DNA of 64,000 nt, from contig OZ024740.1 in NCBI GenBank assembly GCA_964016885.1, positions 207,452,001 through 207,516,000 on the forward strand. Reading direction: 5' to 3'. A program made the translations under genes and the position numbers. A model generated the notes under the pieces. That model ran no database searches. It saw only the letters and a list, made by a program, of their open reading frames with translations, and was not told the origin of the DNA. Each line of letters starts with the position of its first letter. Within the stretch, counting starts at the first letter, position 1. Shown piece after piece: positions 1-14,003 of the stretch. Source of the DNA: Eledone cirrhosa. Taxonomy: Eukaryota.

Positions 1-1014
<1,014 letters not shown>

Positions 1015-1214
1015 NNNNNNNNNNNNNNNNNNNNNNNNNNNNNNNNNNNNNNNNNNNNNNNNNNNNNNNNNNNNNNNNNNNNNNNNNNNNNNNNNNNNNN
1101 NNNNNNNNNNNNNNNNNNNNNNNNNNNNNNNNNNNNNNNNNNNNNNNNNNNNNNNNNNNNNNNNNNNNNNNNNNNNNNNNNNNNNNNNNNNNNNNNNNNN
1201 NNNNNNNNNNNNNN
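1015..1214. other. Assembly gap (200 N)
   Basis: Run of N. Confidence 0.99.
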
Positions 1215-1227
1215 ATAGGGGACCTCC

Positions 1228-1263
1228 TAGAGAGAGAGAGAGAGAGATAGAGAGAGAGAGAGA

Positions 1264-1327
<64 letters not shown>

Positions 1328-1333
1328 AGAGAC

Positions 1334-1370
<37 letters not shown>
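1228..1370. repeat. (GA)n microsatellite
   Basis: Direct reading. Confidence 0.95.
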
Positions 1371-1454
1371 ACAAAACCTTCCGGTCTATTCGCATTGGAA
1401 TTAGATTATACACCAGAAAGTTTATTTTCTCCGATAGTTCCTTATACTACAATA

Positions 1455-3095
1455 TATATTATATAGAATGTTTTAGCTTTATTACATATATCACTTTCCA
1501 CATTATATATTATATAGAATGTTTAGCTTTATTACATACTAGCATTAAAGCCCGGCGTTGCTCGGGGTCATTAAGTTACCAAAGTTAGATTGCACCACCC
1601 ATTTTATGGCACCCACTTTTTTGTCTGCCAGGCACTGGGTGAATGAATTGCAGACATGGAAGCAGGAGCTGCGCCAGCAGTGACAATTGTAGTTTCGCCT
1701 ATGGATATTATCTCTGTGCAAAAAAGTGTTGAAATTTATTGTTTCACAGTACTTGCGCAACACGCGCGTAGACGATGCCAGCCAAACAACAGAGCTGCGA
1801 TGGAGTTGTTCTGCATGGTTGTCTGTGTGTTTTCTAAATTTAAGACAGTAGGGAGGGTTGTGATATGAGGGAGAGTTAGCTGTTGTTTCTAGCAGATTTA
1901 GTGACTTCATAGAGGATATGTGTTTTCTAAATTTAAGACAGTAGGGAGTGGTGTGATATGGGGGAGAGTTAGCTGCTGTTTCTAGCAGGTTTAGTGACCT
2001 CATAGAAGATATTATTGTTTATCATTATCTATAAAAGGCAGATTGTTGTTGTTGTTGTTGAAGTGAGTGTGTGTTTGTATGCGTTTGGAAATAAATCAGT
2101 AAGTTTGAAGTATAAAAGAGAAAGTAGCAAAATGTGTGCGTTGTAGATAGAGGTGAGCAGATGATATGAGAGAGTAAAACGGACAGTATCACCATCAAGC
2201 TTGGAAAGAGAAAGTAGCAGAAAGTATGAAGTTGTATAGATTTTGAATGGTAGTGGAAAGAGTTTAGCAGTTTAAATGACAGAAAAATCGTAAAATATTG
2301 AGTTTTATCTATTTTTTGCGTAATTGTGGGTGAAATTGAAAAAATGAGATGTGCCACGACGCAATCGAAACTATTTCGAATACTGAATTGTAAATTTCAA
2401 TTGAAGAAATCCTATATCGTAGATTTCTATAAGAAAGGAGCATGACCACACACTGAGCTTTATAGATTATGATATCACTTACCACCTTATATATTATATA
2501 GAATGTTTAGCTTTATTATATATATCACTTTTCACCTTATATATTATATAGAATGTTTGGCTTTATTACATATATCACTTTCCACCTTATATATTATATA
2601 GAATGTTTACATATATCACTTTCCACATTATATATTATATAGAATGTTTAGCTTTATTACATATATCACTTTCCACATTATATATTATATAGAATGTTTA
2701 CATATATCACTTTCCACATTATATATTATATAGAATGTTTAGCTTTAATACATAGATCACTTTCCACATTATATATTATATAGAATGTTTAGCTTTATTA
2801 CATATATCACTTTCCACCTTATATATTATATAGAATGTTTAGCTTTATTACATATATCACTTTCCACCTTATATATTATATAGAATGTTTAGCTTTATTA
2901 CATATATCACTTTCCACCTTATATATTATATAGAATGTTTAGCTTTATTACATATATCACTTTCCACCTTATATATTATATAGAATGTTTAGCTTTATTA
3001 CATATATCACTTTCCACCTTATATATTATATAGAATGTTTAGCTTTATTACATATATCACTTTCCACCTTATATATTATATAGAATGTTTAGCTT
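1455..3095. repeat. 50-bp tandem minisatellite, interrupted by a Helitron
   Basis: Unit atatattatatagaatgtttagctttattacatatatcactttccacctt recurs at 2821, 2871, 2921 and onward; partial units at 1455-1538. Confidence 0.95.
1539..2472 (-). mobile_element. Non-autonomous Helitron
   Basis: Minus strand starts TC(ataatctataaagc) and ends with hairpin cccgagcaacgccggg then CTAG. Removing it rejoins attacata|tatcactt, the intact satellite unit (A|T target, no TSD). Confidence 0.88.
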
Positions 3096-3105
3096 TAAAT
3101 GCTTA

Positions 3106-3243
3106 AGGGAGCTGGAACGTAAAACCCCAGAACACAGACAGCTGGAACATATAACCCCAGAACACAGGGAGCTGGAACATAAAACCCCAGAATACAGGGA
3201 GCTGGAACGTAAAACCCCAGAACACAGGGAGCTGGAACGTAAA
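3106..3243 (+). repeat. 30-bp tandem repeat (about 4.5 copies)
   Basis: Unit agggagctggaacgtaaaaccccagaacac, reading in frame as RELERKTPEH. Confidence 0.9.
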
Positions 3244-3381
3244 AGTACGAAACACTCTATCCGACCTTCTAACAATTCTACTGATTTGTCACTTAGCAAC
3301 AACATTAACAAACAGTTAAAGAATTTTAAAACAAAATCAATAGATGTTTTGTATGAACCAACAAATGTATATCTCGAGAAT

Positions 3382-3737
3382 AAACAACAACAACAGCAAC
3401 AACAACAACAATAACAACAACAATAACAACAACAGCAACAACAACAACAACAGCAACCATAGAAACAACAGCAGCAACAACAACAGCAACAACAATAACA
3501 ACAACAACAACAACAGCAGCAGCAACAACAGTAGCAACAACAACAACAGCAACAAACAGCAACAACAACATGAACAAGAACAACAGCAGCAACAACAACA
3601 GCAACAAGAATAACAACAACAACAGCAACAATAACAACAACAGCAACAACAACAGCAACAACAACAGAAACAACAACAGCAACAACAGCAGCAGCAACAA
3701 TAACAATAACAACGTCAACAGCAGCAACAGCAATATC

Positions 3738-3785
<48 letters not shown>

Positions 3786-3978
3786 TACAACAATAACATC
3801 GGCAGTAAGAGCAACAGCTGCAGAAACAACATCAACAACAACAGCAACAATATCGGCAACAACAACACCAGCAACAATAATAGGGACAACAACAACCACA
3901 ATAATCAACAACAATAACAACAATAACAACAACAATATCAACAACAATACTAACAACAACAACCACAATAACAACAAA
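3382..3978. repeat. (CAA/CAG/AAT)n compound microsatellite
   Basis: Direct reading. Confidence 0.93.
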
Positions 3979-4271
3979 AGCAAACACGTTATAAGAAACA
4001 ATGTAAGCTGTTCGACTAGTTTCTCCTGTTACAATCTTATAAATTATTATTCAATTGCTACACATCATATTGCTGTTGTAGTCAATTATATCGATCTGTT
4101 CAGCAGCTATCAATGCATCATATCAGCAGCTGATTGACTTCCACTATCTGATATTAGCAATCTGATCACGCAGGAGCTATCACATATATTAGTATCGATC
4201 CGTCAATCACTGTTGTCGACATTCAACCCTTTTAAGCAGCTGCTTACACAAGAGTCATAAACTCTTGTTTG

Positions 4272-5075
4272 AAACATGTGGCGGCGCCATTGCAATTGTG
4301 TAGCCTCAGTTCAACATGTGGTAGTGTTGTTGCAGCTGTGTAGCCCCAATCCAACATGTGACAGCGTTATTGCAACTGTGTTGCCCTAGTTCAACATGTG
4401 GCAGCGTCATTACAGCTGTGTAGCTCCAGTTCAACATGTGGCAGTATTACTGCAGCTGTGTAGTCCGGTTCAATCCCAATCAAACATGTGGCAGCATTAT
4501 TGCAGCTGTGTAGCCCCAGTTGAACATGTGGCAGAGTTATTGCAGTTGTGAAGACCCGGTTAAACAGGTGGCAGCATTATTGCAGCTGTGTAGCCCCAGT
4601 TGAACATGTGGCGGAGTTATTAGAGCTGAGTAGTCCCTGTTCAACATGTCGCAGAGTTATTGTAGCTCTGTAGCCCCTATTCAACATGTGGTAGAGTTAT
4701 TACAGCTGTGTAGCCCCCGTTGAACATGTGGCAGCATTATTGCAGCTGTGTAGTCCCGGTTCAACCCCCGATCCAACATGTGGTAGCGTTATTGTAGCTT
4801 TGTAGTCCCGGTTCAACATATGGCAGAGTTATTACAGTTGTGTAGCCCCTATTCAACATATGGCAGAGTTATTACAGTTGTGTAGCCCCTATTCAACATA
4901 TGGCAGAGTTATTACAGTTGTGTAGCTCCTATTGAACATGTGGCAGAGTTATTACAGTTGTGTAGCCCCTATTCAACATGTGGCAGAGTTATTACAGTTG
5001 TGTAGCCCCTATTTAACATATGGCAGAGTTATTACGGCTGTGTAGCCCCTATTCAACATGTGGCAGAGTTATTAG
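4272..5075. repeat. 40-bp tandem minisatellite
   Basis: Unit tggcagagttattacagttgtgtagcccctattcaacata (4861, 4901, 4941 and onward); more diverged at the left. Confidence 0.93.
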
Positions 5076-5236
5076 ACTGGATATGTTCTACCCTCACCAT
5101 TGTCCTATGTGTTGAGGACAATATTGCACATTCTAATATGCAATAGTTAATTCTATGTAGAGCAGCGTTGCTGTTTAAACATCTTGTACTCCCTCCTCTC
5201 TCTTTCTCTCTCCCCCATCTCTCTCTCTATCTATCT

Positions 5237-5267
<31 letters not shown>

Positions 5268-5421
5268 CTGTATCTACCTATGCATATATCTGTCTCTCTC
5301 TGTTGAGAGCCTCACTGCACATTCTAACATACAAGGGTCAATCCTATGTGGTACACTGTTGCACTCTGTGTAAAATGTATTCACTCTTCACTGCGCAGGT
5401 TGCTGAGAATCCTATTGCATA

Positions 5422-5642
5422 TTCTTCTTCTTCTTCTTCTTCTTCTTCTTCTTCTTCTTCTTCTTCTTCTTCTTCTTCTTGAGAGGGTCGGTCCTGTCAG
5501 AAGCAACCATCTCCAACTGCTCCGGCTGGATTCCCAAGCGTGACCAGCCGAGCTCATGGATGTTATGAAACCATCTTGCTCGGGGTCTACTCCTGGGTCT
5601 CTTGCTGGCTAGTTTTGCCCGTAAAATCTGTCCAGCGATTCT
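5422..5642 (-). mobile_element. RTE-clade LINE 3' fragment with (AAG)n tail
   Basis: Minus translation KRPRSRPRARWFHNIHELGWSRLGIQPEQLEMVASDR matches the RTE ORF C-terminus; short-repeat tail. Confidence 0.7.
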
Positions 5643-5707
5643 AACTACATTCTGACATTCTGTAGTTTATCAAATGTGGAGCAGTGTTGCATCGGAACAT
5701 ATTGTAC

Positions 5708-5789
<82 letters not shown>

Positions 5790-6360
5790 TACACACACAC
5801 ACACCGCAATATCCAGTAAGTTGAGAACCACACTATATATTCTAACATACAGTAGTTAAGTTTATATGGTGCAGTGTTGCATCTAGACATACTGCACTCC
5901 CTCTCCTCTCTCCATTGTTTAGTCTGTTGAGAATCATGCATATTCTAACATGCAATAGTTAATTGTATTTGGTACAGTGTTGTAGTCAGAGTATGCTGCA
6001 ATTTCTCCACTGTCAATCTCTTAAGGACCGTATTGCACATTCAGTAGCTATTTTTATGCGGTGCAGTGTTGCAGTCAGCACATATATTCACTCTACTGTC
6101 TCGTCTGTTGTAGACCATACTGTGCAGCATTCTAACATGCAGTAGTTATTTTTGCGTGATGCAGTGCTGCAGTCTGTGTATGCTGTACTTTCCCTGCTGT
6201 CCTGGTATTTTTAAAAATTATTATATTGCATTTTAACATGCAATGTTTAAATGTATACACCGCAGTATTACAGTTTTCACATATATTCACTCTACTGTCT
6301 GGTCTGTTGTACACCATTCTGTGCATTATAACATACAATGATTAAATGTATATGTTGTAG

Positions 6361-6657
6361 CAGGGCCGGATTTAATTTGGGCAAACGAAGCAATTTCCCG
6401 GCTCCTTGCAGTGGGGGACCCACCACCGATGGTCGTATAAATTTATTTGTGCCCTCAGCTGGGCTTTTTACTTTTAGGATGGTTAGAATTTTTGAATTTA
6501 ATACCTGTATCGATAATTTTGCAATTCCAATTACTTGCGTCAAGCTAACTTTGATATGTAAATTGGCGATTTGCTATGTATTCTAATTTTTTGTGTATGA
6601 GACCCTCCTCCCCCAACCTGAAGTGCTCCGTGCCCCCAAGATCTAAATCCAAATCTA
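6361..6657. mobile_element. hAT-type MITE (family A)
   Basis: TIR cagggccggattta / taaatccaaatcta; flanks tgttgtag / tgctgcag (6/8 TSD); homologous to copies at 9679, 14769 and 41973. Confidence 0.75.
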
Positions 6658-6902
6658 TGCTGCAGTATTGGTGTCAGCACATAAATTCACTCTACTGTCA
6701 AGTCTGTTGAAGACTATTCTGTACATTAACACGTCATGGTTTAAAGTATTTGGTGCAGTATGGCAGCCTGTCTTTATGCCTGTCTATTCTGACTTCTACA
6801 ATAGAGGTTGGTAAGTTAAACGTTGTCAGAATGCCAACCTACAGCTGAACCTCAAATGGTAAAAGAAATGAAATTTAAAGCCAGGAATTGCCAGAGGTAC
6901 TT

Positions 6903-7075
6903 TATTGGCATAGTGGGTAGAGTGCCGGACAAAATGTCATAGGCTGTTTGTTCCAGTTCTCTATGTTCTGAGTTCAAATCCCGCCGAGGTTAATTTTACC
7001 TTTCATCCTTACGGGGGTTGATTTAATCGACTCAGCCCCCCCCAATGTTGGTCTTGTGCCTAAATCAGAAACCAT
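6903..7075 (+). mobile_element. tRNA-derived SINE (family 1, octopus OR-like)
   Basis: A-box tggcatagtgg, B-box gagttcaaatcc, body shared with the 9451 and 23978 copies. Confidence 0.7.
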
Positions 7076-7191
7076 TAATATAGACGCTTAGTAACAATAA
7101 CACTTATAAAGATGTTTTGTTGTTTAAAAAACATATTCTTCAATGGCACGTGCGAATTTATCATCGTTGGGGAAAATATTGATTTTTATTT

Positions 7192-7330
7192 AGACGTAAG
7201 TGGCAAGGGTGTTTGGACTTACGATCATAAAGCCGTGGGTTCGATTCATGGACTAGGTTGTGTGTTGTGTTCTTGAGGAAAATATTTCATTTCATATTGC
7301 TCTAGTATCCTTTTGCCTTTTCCCCCGTAA
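7192..7330 (+). mobile_element. tRNA-derived SINE (family 2), degenerate
   Basis: ggttcgattc B-box followed by a ttgtgttcttgag tract as in the 26950 and 55586 copies. Confidence 0.55.
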
Positions 7331-7496
7331 CTCTTAATGGAGCCGTACAGGCGCCGTATTGACATACGACGTTTCTAGGACATTTTAAAACCAGGTGGAA
7401 CCCATCTCCTCTCCAGGTCTGAATGTAGTAAATTTCTTCCAGAGAAGGATAGAGAGAGTGAAAGAAAGGAAGCGAGAAAGAGATATAGAGGAAGAA

Positions 7497-7810
7497 TCGA
7501 ACTCAGTACAAGACTGGTACTTTTTTTATCGAGCTTAAATGGATGAAAGGCAAAGTTGGCTTCAGCGGGATTTTACCTCAGAAAGCAGAGAGTCGGAACG
7601 AATACTTCATAGTATTCTATCCGACGTTCTAACAACTCTGCCATTCAGTTTAACAACTCAGTTGAAAATGAGTACCAGCACTAGCTGGGAGTTTAACCCT
7701 GCGATGAACTGGCGTCCTGTCCAAGAGGAAGTCTTTTACACTCAGTCGCTTCACGCCACGGAAACCGAGATAAGCACCGGCTTTATGAGTCTTCGAGTTC
7801 GAGACAGAAT
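7497..7810. mobile_element. SINE fragments (family 1 on minus strand plus a SINE core-like segment)
   Basis: ctggtacttt..tatcga..ggatgaaaggcaaagt is the reverse complement of family 1; aaccctgcgatgaactggcgtcctgtcc resembles a SINE core domain. Confidence 0.5.
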
Positions 7811-8553
7811 TTTTTTTAGAAGCCGACAAAATCGAGAGAAGGGCGAAGTTTTCAGTGCAGCATATACACCCTTCAAATTTTCCTCCTCATACAGTTTTCA
7901 GTTTAATATATATTATCCTTCAAAATATCCGCCACATACAGATTTCAGTTTAGTATAAAACATCCTTCAAAGTTTTCGCCACATACACAATTTTCAGTGC
8001 AGTATATATCGTCAATCAAAATGTTCACCATATACTACAGTATTTCTATCATATACACAGTGCGGTATACACCATGTACTCGTTCGATATTTCTACAACA
8101 CACTACATACAATCTTCAATATGGAGGATACATATAAAATATAAATACATTAGACATAGTTTACAATGAATTGAAACAATTTTACTGAATTATGACCTCA
8201 CTGACCTCTGACCAATTGTACATATATATATATATACCAATGTATGTATGTATGTGTGTATGTATGTTTAAGCGCGGGGAGATGGAAAAACTCGGTTTGG
8301 TGACCGAGCGCCCGCTCAGCCCACCGAGAGTGAGTGACCCCTAGTTCTTGTTAGGACATCATTCTAAGAGAAATAAATATCTGATGTAAAACCTGCGATT
8401 TGATGGCAGCCAATGTGTTGACCTGTTCTTCTTTTGGGATAGCTCTTAAAAAAACAACTGATTTTTAAAAATGTGTTTATCAATTCGTTTCATTTTTGTG
8501 TTTCATGGTGTGGGCAGGTGTGTATTTGAGTGTGTGAATATAGGTTTATGTGC

Positions 8554-8607
<54 letters not shown>

Positions 8608-9062
8608 ACGCAGACGTATGAACATTGTTTGAGACTGTAATTAAATTTGCACTTAAGAGCTTTAAAGTGGACAAAACACCACGACCACCACCACCATCAT
8701 CACCACCACCACCATCACCACTACACCACCACCATCATTACTACACCCCACCTCCATCCAGTCTATTCAGTTAAGCGGAACTACAATAAACGACACACAA
8801 GTGTTTTAAAGTGTTATTGATAAGTTGTACCGACCAGCCAGCTTCCTCACTTCACACATATGATCAACTACCTTGGCATACACGCGCATATACACACATA
8901 CACACGCATACTTACATACACACGCTCATACACTCTACACACACTAACACACACACACACATACTCACACACACTCTCACACAGCCACACATACACTCAC
9001 ACTGTAACATACATGTTCTCTCGCACACGCAATCACATACATACACACACACAGAAAAAACA

Positions 9063-9143
<81 letters not shown>

Positions 9144-9450
9144 TCACACACACACACACACACACACACAGACTAGGAAATATTGAGAGAGAAATAGTGA
9201 GATACTAAGAGACTGTATGTGAAAGACATAGATATCACCATAGTAACTAACTACACAGAAAGTGACACTTTCCCGCCGATACTCCAAGTTTGTTGTCATT
9301 GTTGCCAGCTTGTGTATTCGTTAATTGATACCCCATTTGTGAACCGAGGGGTTTTATGTTCGGAAAAATTATTTGTGAAGCGATTTGTTCATATATTGGT
9401 AAACCTAGATATTCGTAAACTGAGATTCCACTGTATTATTTTATTCTGAT

Positions 9451-9641
9451 AGGGCGGTGGATTGGCAGTATCGGTAGAGGGTCGGACGCCATGTTTCGGC
9501 GTATAGAGTTACGGCCCTTGCCATTCTGAGTTCAAATCCCGCCGAGGTTAACTTTGCCTTTCATCCTTACGGGGTCGATAAAATAAAGTACCAGTAATGC
9601 ACTGGATTATTGCTGGCCTTGTGCCAAAAGTAGAAAGAATT
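9451..9641 (+). mobile_element. tRNA-derived SINE (family 1)
   Basis: tggcagtatcgg A-box, gagttcaaatcc B-box, conserved ctttcatccttacggggtcgataaaataaagtaccag body. Confidence 0.85.
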
Positions 9642-9678
9642 ATTTTATTCTGATATTCAGTCATAAGATGGCAGCAGC

Positions 9679-9961
9679 CAGCGTTGGATTTAGATCTTGG
9701 GAAGCGGGGTTAGGTGACACTTCAAGTGGGTGGGGGTGTCTCATACACAAAAAATGAGAATACACAGCAAATACCCAACTTTACATATGGAAGTTAGCTT
9801 GGCGCAAGTAATTGGAATTGAAACCTTATATATACAGGTATTAAATTCAAAAAATCTAACCATCCTAAAACTAAAAAGGCCAGCCGAGGACACAAATAAA
9901 CTGCACGGGGCCTGGGGCCTGGGGCAATCGCCCCCTTTGTCCCACATTAAATCCTACCCTG
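9679..9961. mobile_element. hAT-type MITE (family A)
   Basis: TIR cagcgttggattta / taaatcctaccctg; perfect 8-bp TSD gcagcagc (9671-9678 and 9962-9969). Confidence 0.9.
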
Positions 9962-10036
9962 GCAGCAGCCATGATGGGACAAGACTGTAAAAAAATTCAG
10001 TTGATCAAATCGACACCATTACTTATGTTTGTTATG

Positions 10037-10200
10037 GGCGGTCAATTGGCAGTATCGGTAGAAGGTCGGACGCCATGCTTTGCAGAGTTGTGGCCCTTTA
10101 CGGTCTGAGTTCAAATCCCGCCGAGGTTAACTTTGCCTTTCATCCCCCATGGGGTCGATAAAATAAAGTACCAGTAATACGCTGGAATAATTGCTGCCCT
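10037..10200 (+). mobile_element. tRNA-derived SINE (family 1)
   Basis: Same boxes and body as the 9451 copy. Confidence 0.8.
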
Positions 10201-11489
10201 TTCATCAATCTTGTTTTTGTGTCGAACCGCTAAGTTACAACATTCAGCCATACACACTCACACGCACACATGAAAGGAATTCCAGCCATGACCAACTTGT
10301 CTGTTTATTTTGTATGAAGGATGGTAATGAGTAATTTGAGGTAGTTTTGACTGCACTTTCCATCAAGTCGAGTAACTGCACAAGGGCTTCATGTATATGT
10401 GTGTGTGTATGTGTATGTATGTGTGTGTATGTGTGTGTATGTGTGTGCGTATGCGTGTATTTGCATGTGTGTATGTATGTGTGTTTATATGTGCGTGTGT
10501 GTGTGTATGTGTGTGTGTGTGTATGTGTGTGTGTCTGTATATATATATATATATATATATGTGTGTATGCCTGTATACATCTGTGTGTGTGTGTATGTGT
10601 GAATATGAGTTGTTTATGGTGTTTGAAACCAACCTAACAATGAAACCATTGGTTGATTAATCTGTGTATATTGTTTGAACAAAGAGTTAAATCAACATGT
10701 CACTTCCGGCTGTCATTTTACTGAGTGAATCCTTAAAAACGAGGGTCAGATCTTACATAACCTGTTGGTACGCCTGACATTAAAAAAAACTTGTGAATGC
10801 ATTTACATTTACTTGAAATATGACTATATTACACACGCAAACATATATAAATATATATATATTTGAAATATTATATATACACACACACACACATACACAC
10901 ACACACAGACATATATATATATACATACAGATTAATTGCATAAGTTTATTTTAAAAACTACCCGGTTGGGTGCTTATTCGATTTGTGCTATCTATGCAAT
11001 GTTTTGTATGATATACACATACTGAATTCATTTGCCAAAATCTGGGGAATTTTCCCCTCGTGACTTACGCATGTGCCTTTACAAGGTTCTGCGTCACTCA
11101 CAAAGTTGGTTAAAGAGCAAAATACCTGTTGATAACGTGATATTCCTTGTTCGATCTTTATGCTGAAAGTTTATAGTTTTAAGCAGACAGTATTATTGAT
11201 TTAGGTGTCATAGAAACCCTGCATTTGGATTTTACCATCAATTCCACTTGGGTCCAGGTCTGTTTATATCATTTATTTTGTTTGGCCTGTTTAGCTTGAC
11301 TTGCTTTTTGGCTTAGGTGGTTAATGCCTTCTTGACCACTTTTCAGTTTGTATGGCGTTTTAACATATTGTTTAGCTCTAGTTTTCTTAACTATTGGAGC
11401 GCTTGCCAGCATTTCTACGATTTTGTGTTTCGTTTCGCTTTTTCCACCAGCCGAACTACAATTCTCGCTGAATATATATTTATACATAC

Positions 11490-11550
<61 letters not shown>

Positions 11551-11714
11551 AAAAATAAAATGGAATAACATGTGTATGTATATATATATATATATATATA
11601 TACAAAAAATAAAATGGAATAACATGTGTATGTATATATATATATATATACATATACATACACATGTTATTCCATTTTATTTTTTGTTTTGTCTAATATG
11701 GAGGAGACACATTT

Positions 11715-12210
11715 CCAGTGCATGATCGGGTCATCGGCGACTAAACCGACAACCCCACCAAGCTTGTTTGGTGAGGAGGGTGATTTTGGACACCCTGCGG
11801 GATGAAAAACAGAACACGTTAAGGGATGGAGGAATTCGGGAGAGTCAACGCCATCCAATAAAGTGTTGTTTTTTTTTGTGAAGTGAGCGACTCCTAGTCT
11901 TCATTAAAACATCTCTTTAGGAGAAGGTCACCCTGATATAAAACCTGTGACTTCGTTTGCTTCCGACGATGTTCTTCTTTTTATGTAAATGCATTCGATG
12001 TTCAGAGAGTGGGATTGGCCCCGTGTAAAGGCTTTCCTCACTTAAAAAAGCTTCAAGCACAGGCATCACTTGATATGTGACTTTTTTGTAATGCATGGTA
12101 TTTTTGGCCATAGGCAAGTCTCTAGTAGGACTAAAAAGCCACGTCCATGATACTCACGCTTAAGTAGCAAACGATGGCATAACTCTAAATCGAGTTGCAG
12201 GCATCATATA
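11715..12210 (+). mobile_element. Non-coding retroposon family B (RTE-5'UTR-like)
   Basis: Segments shared with 16005-16362, 26167-26320, 40255-40620 and 59390-60090; ends in a hairpin before a microsatellite. Confidence 0.55.
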
Positions 12211-12419
12211 TATACACACATATTCGCATATATATCAGTGAGCGTCACCATATTTAATTCATGGTGTATTAATAATCTAAACTAACTATCTAGAATTGGA
12301 CGGGTCACAGGAGCCTCGGTAAAAAGTCACATTGAAGCCACTACACCTTAAGTACCTTTGTCAAACCGTTGTTGTCAATGGTTGTTAATCCTTGTTCTAA
12401 CTAGACCTCTATCTCCGTA

Positions 12420-13630
12420 TCACTCTTAGTTTTATTTAGAATCTGTGTTGATATGGCCTAGAATATCAAATGCCTGATTCTTGATTGGTGGAATCGTTTC
12501 TCCTCCAATCTCATGGAATTTCTTAAACTGACCTCGCATTTCGTATTCATAAAAATGTCTTGGACTCTTGGTGAAATGTTGACGTTTCTGGAATAACTCT
12601 TCCAGTCGAGCCAGGATTATCTTTGCCTCTGGCATTAATGTCATTCATGAATGAGCACGATGGTGCCATGTGTTCAATATTTATTCCTTCCAAATAGCTT
12701 TTTACTCCTCCCAGTATCGCCTCTATGGCCCCCATGAAGAGGAGAGGAAAATTGCGCACCATATCCTTATGCCTATTTCTAAAGCTCATGAAGCATTTAG
12801 TGGTGAATGGCATCACTACTGATCCAAGTTATTGCCACTTACACCATTCCTATATTACAGTTCCTTTCTTCCACATTCGCTAGAATAAACTTACCAAGAC
12901 TTTGAGGACTTATGAGCAGTGTTTATAAATCCGCTATTACTCGGTTCACTCTTTGCTTTTGCGTTTATGACAACTTGCTCAACTTCTTTGAACGTGAGAT
13001 CTGAAAGGTCGTATTAGATTTCCGGTTCAGGTGAAATCAATCTATCGATGATCGTGTGTTAACGGATGTCTTTAAGGGAAAGTCAGAGTAGACATTTTCT
13101 ATGTGACTCCCTAACCCCTCTTTTGGTATCTTTAAGGACCCTGAGTTCTTAGTTTCCTGTAAGGTTTTCATAAACCCGAATGGACTTAGCGTGAAAGCCT
13201 TATGAAAGTTTCCCTTTTTGGTAATTTCTTTCGTAATTTCCCTGCCATCGATATGGCCAATATCTCCCTTTCTATCATTATCTTGTATCAAGACCGCTTT
13301 AACTTCTTTCATGAACCTCTTTTGTTTATGTATTTTCTTTTTCGCAACTGACCTTTCTTCATTTGGCGCCGGGAGTACAACTTCTCCGAATCTAGCTCGG
13401 CACCTGTCATGGACAATTGAGGTAAACGTACATTAGTTATCTGGATGTCGATCATTTCAAAGTATTGCGCACAATCACTCAGAGATTCGTATCTAGTGCC
13501 ACACTAACCCTCACCTGTACGATGTTGATTTTAAAACAAATATGCACTCACTGACCTCATCGCAGGTATCTGATCTCAATGACACATTTATGACAAATCT
13601 CAAAGGGCTATGGGTGCAGCCTTTTCCTCA
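12420..13630 (-). pseudogene. Degenerate non-LTR retrotransposon RT (HERO/R2-group-like)
   Basis: Fragments PFGFMKTL..GSLKIPKEGLGSHIENVYSD, LTFKEVEQVVINAKAKSEP, FMNDI and GGETIPPI; many stops and frameshifts. Confidence 0.65.
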
Positions 13631-13659
13631 TTTCAACCACCATCTTCTTTTAACGAAAT

Positions 13660-13726
<67 letters not shown>

Positions 13727-13972
13727 GGAGAGACAGAAAGAGACAGAGAGAGAGAGAGAAAGTGAGAAAGAGAGAGTGTGAGAGAGAGCGGGAGAGAGAT
13801 AGTGTGTGAGAGAGAGAAGGTGCGGGGGAGAAGAAATATGGCTGAATGAGGTAGGAAGTAATCGAATCATTTGAAAAGAGAAATGTTTGATAGTTTATGT
13901 CTAGACATTGATCTATTGTCCAGTTATTCTATAGCAGTCATTTCATTAACAGGGACGGTGTATGGCCGTATA

Positions 13973-14003
<31 letters not shown>

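Larger units (their letters stand above)
5076..6790. repeat. Old degenerate tandem array (about 100-120-bp unit) with nested insertions
   Basis: Recurrent cattctaacat..ca.tagttaa...gtgcagtgttgca...cactctactgtc...tctgttg motifs. Confidence 0.6.

Noticed and set aside
2473-5075. 50-, 40- and 30-bp arrays as CRISPR-like repeats
   Set aside because: Head-to-tail units with no unique spacers, no cas genes, and a eukaryotic context.
9451-9545. tRNA-like A and B boxes as tRNA genes
   Set aside because: No complete cloverleaf, and followed by a shared SINE body in many copies.
11100-11470. Lys-rich minus-strand reading next to (TA)n as a PLE N-terminus
   Set aside because: No diagnostic motif recognised.
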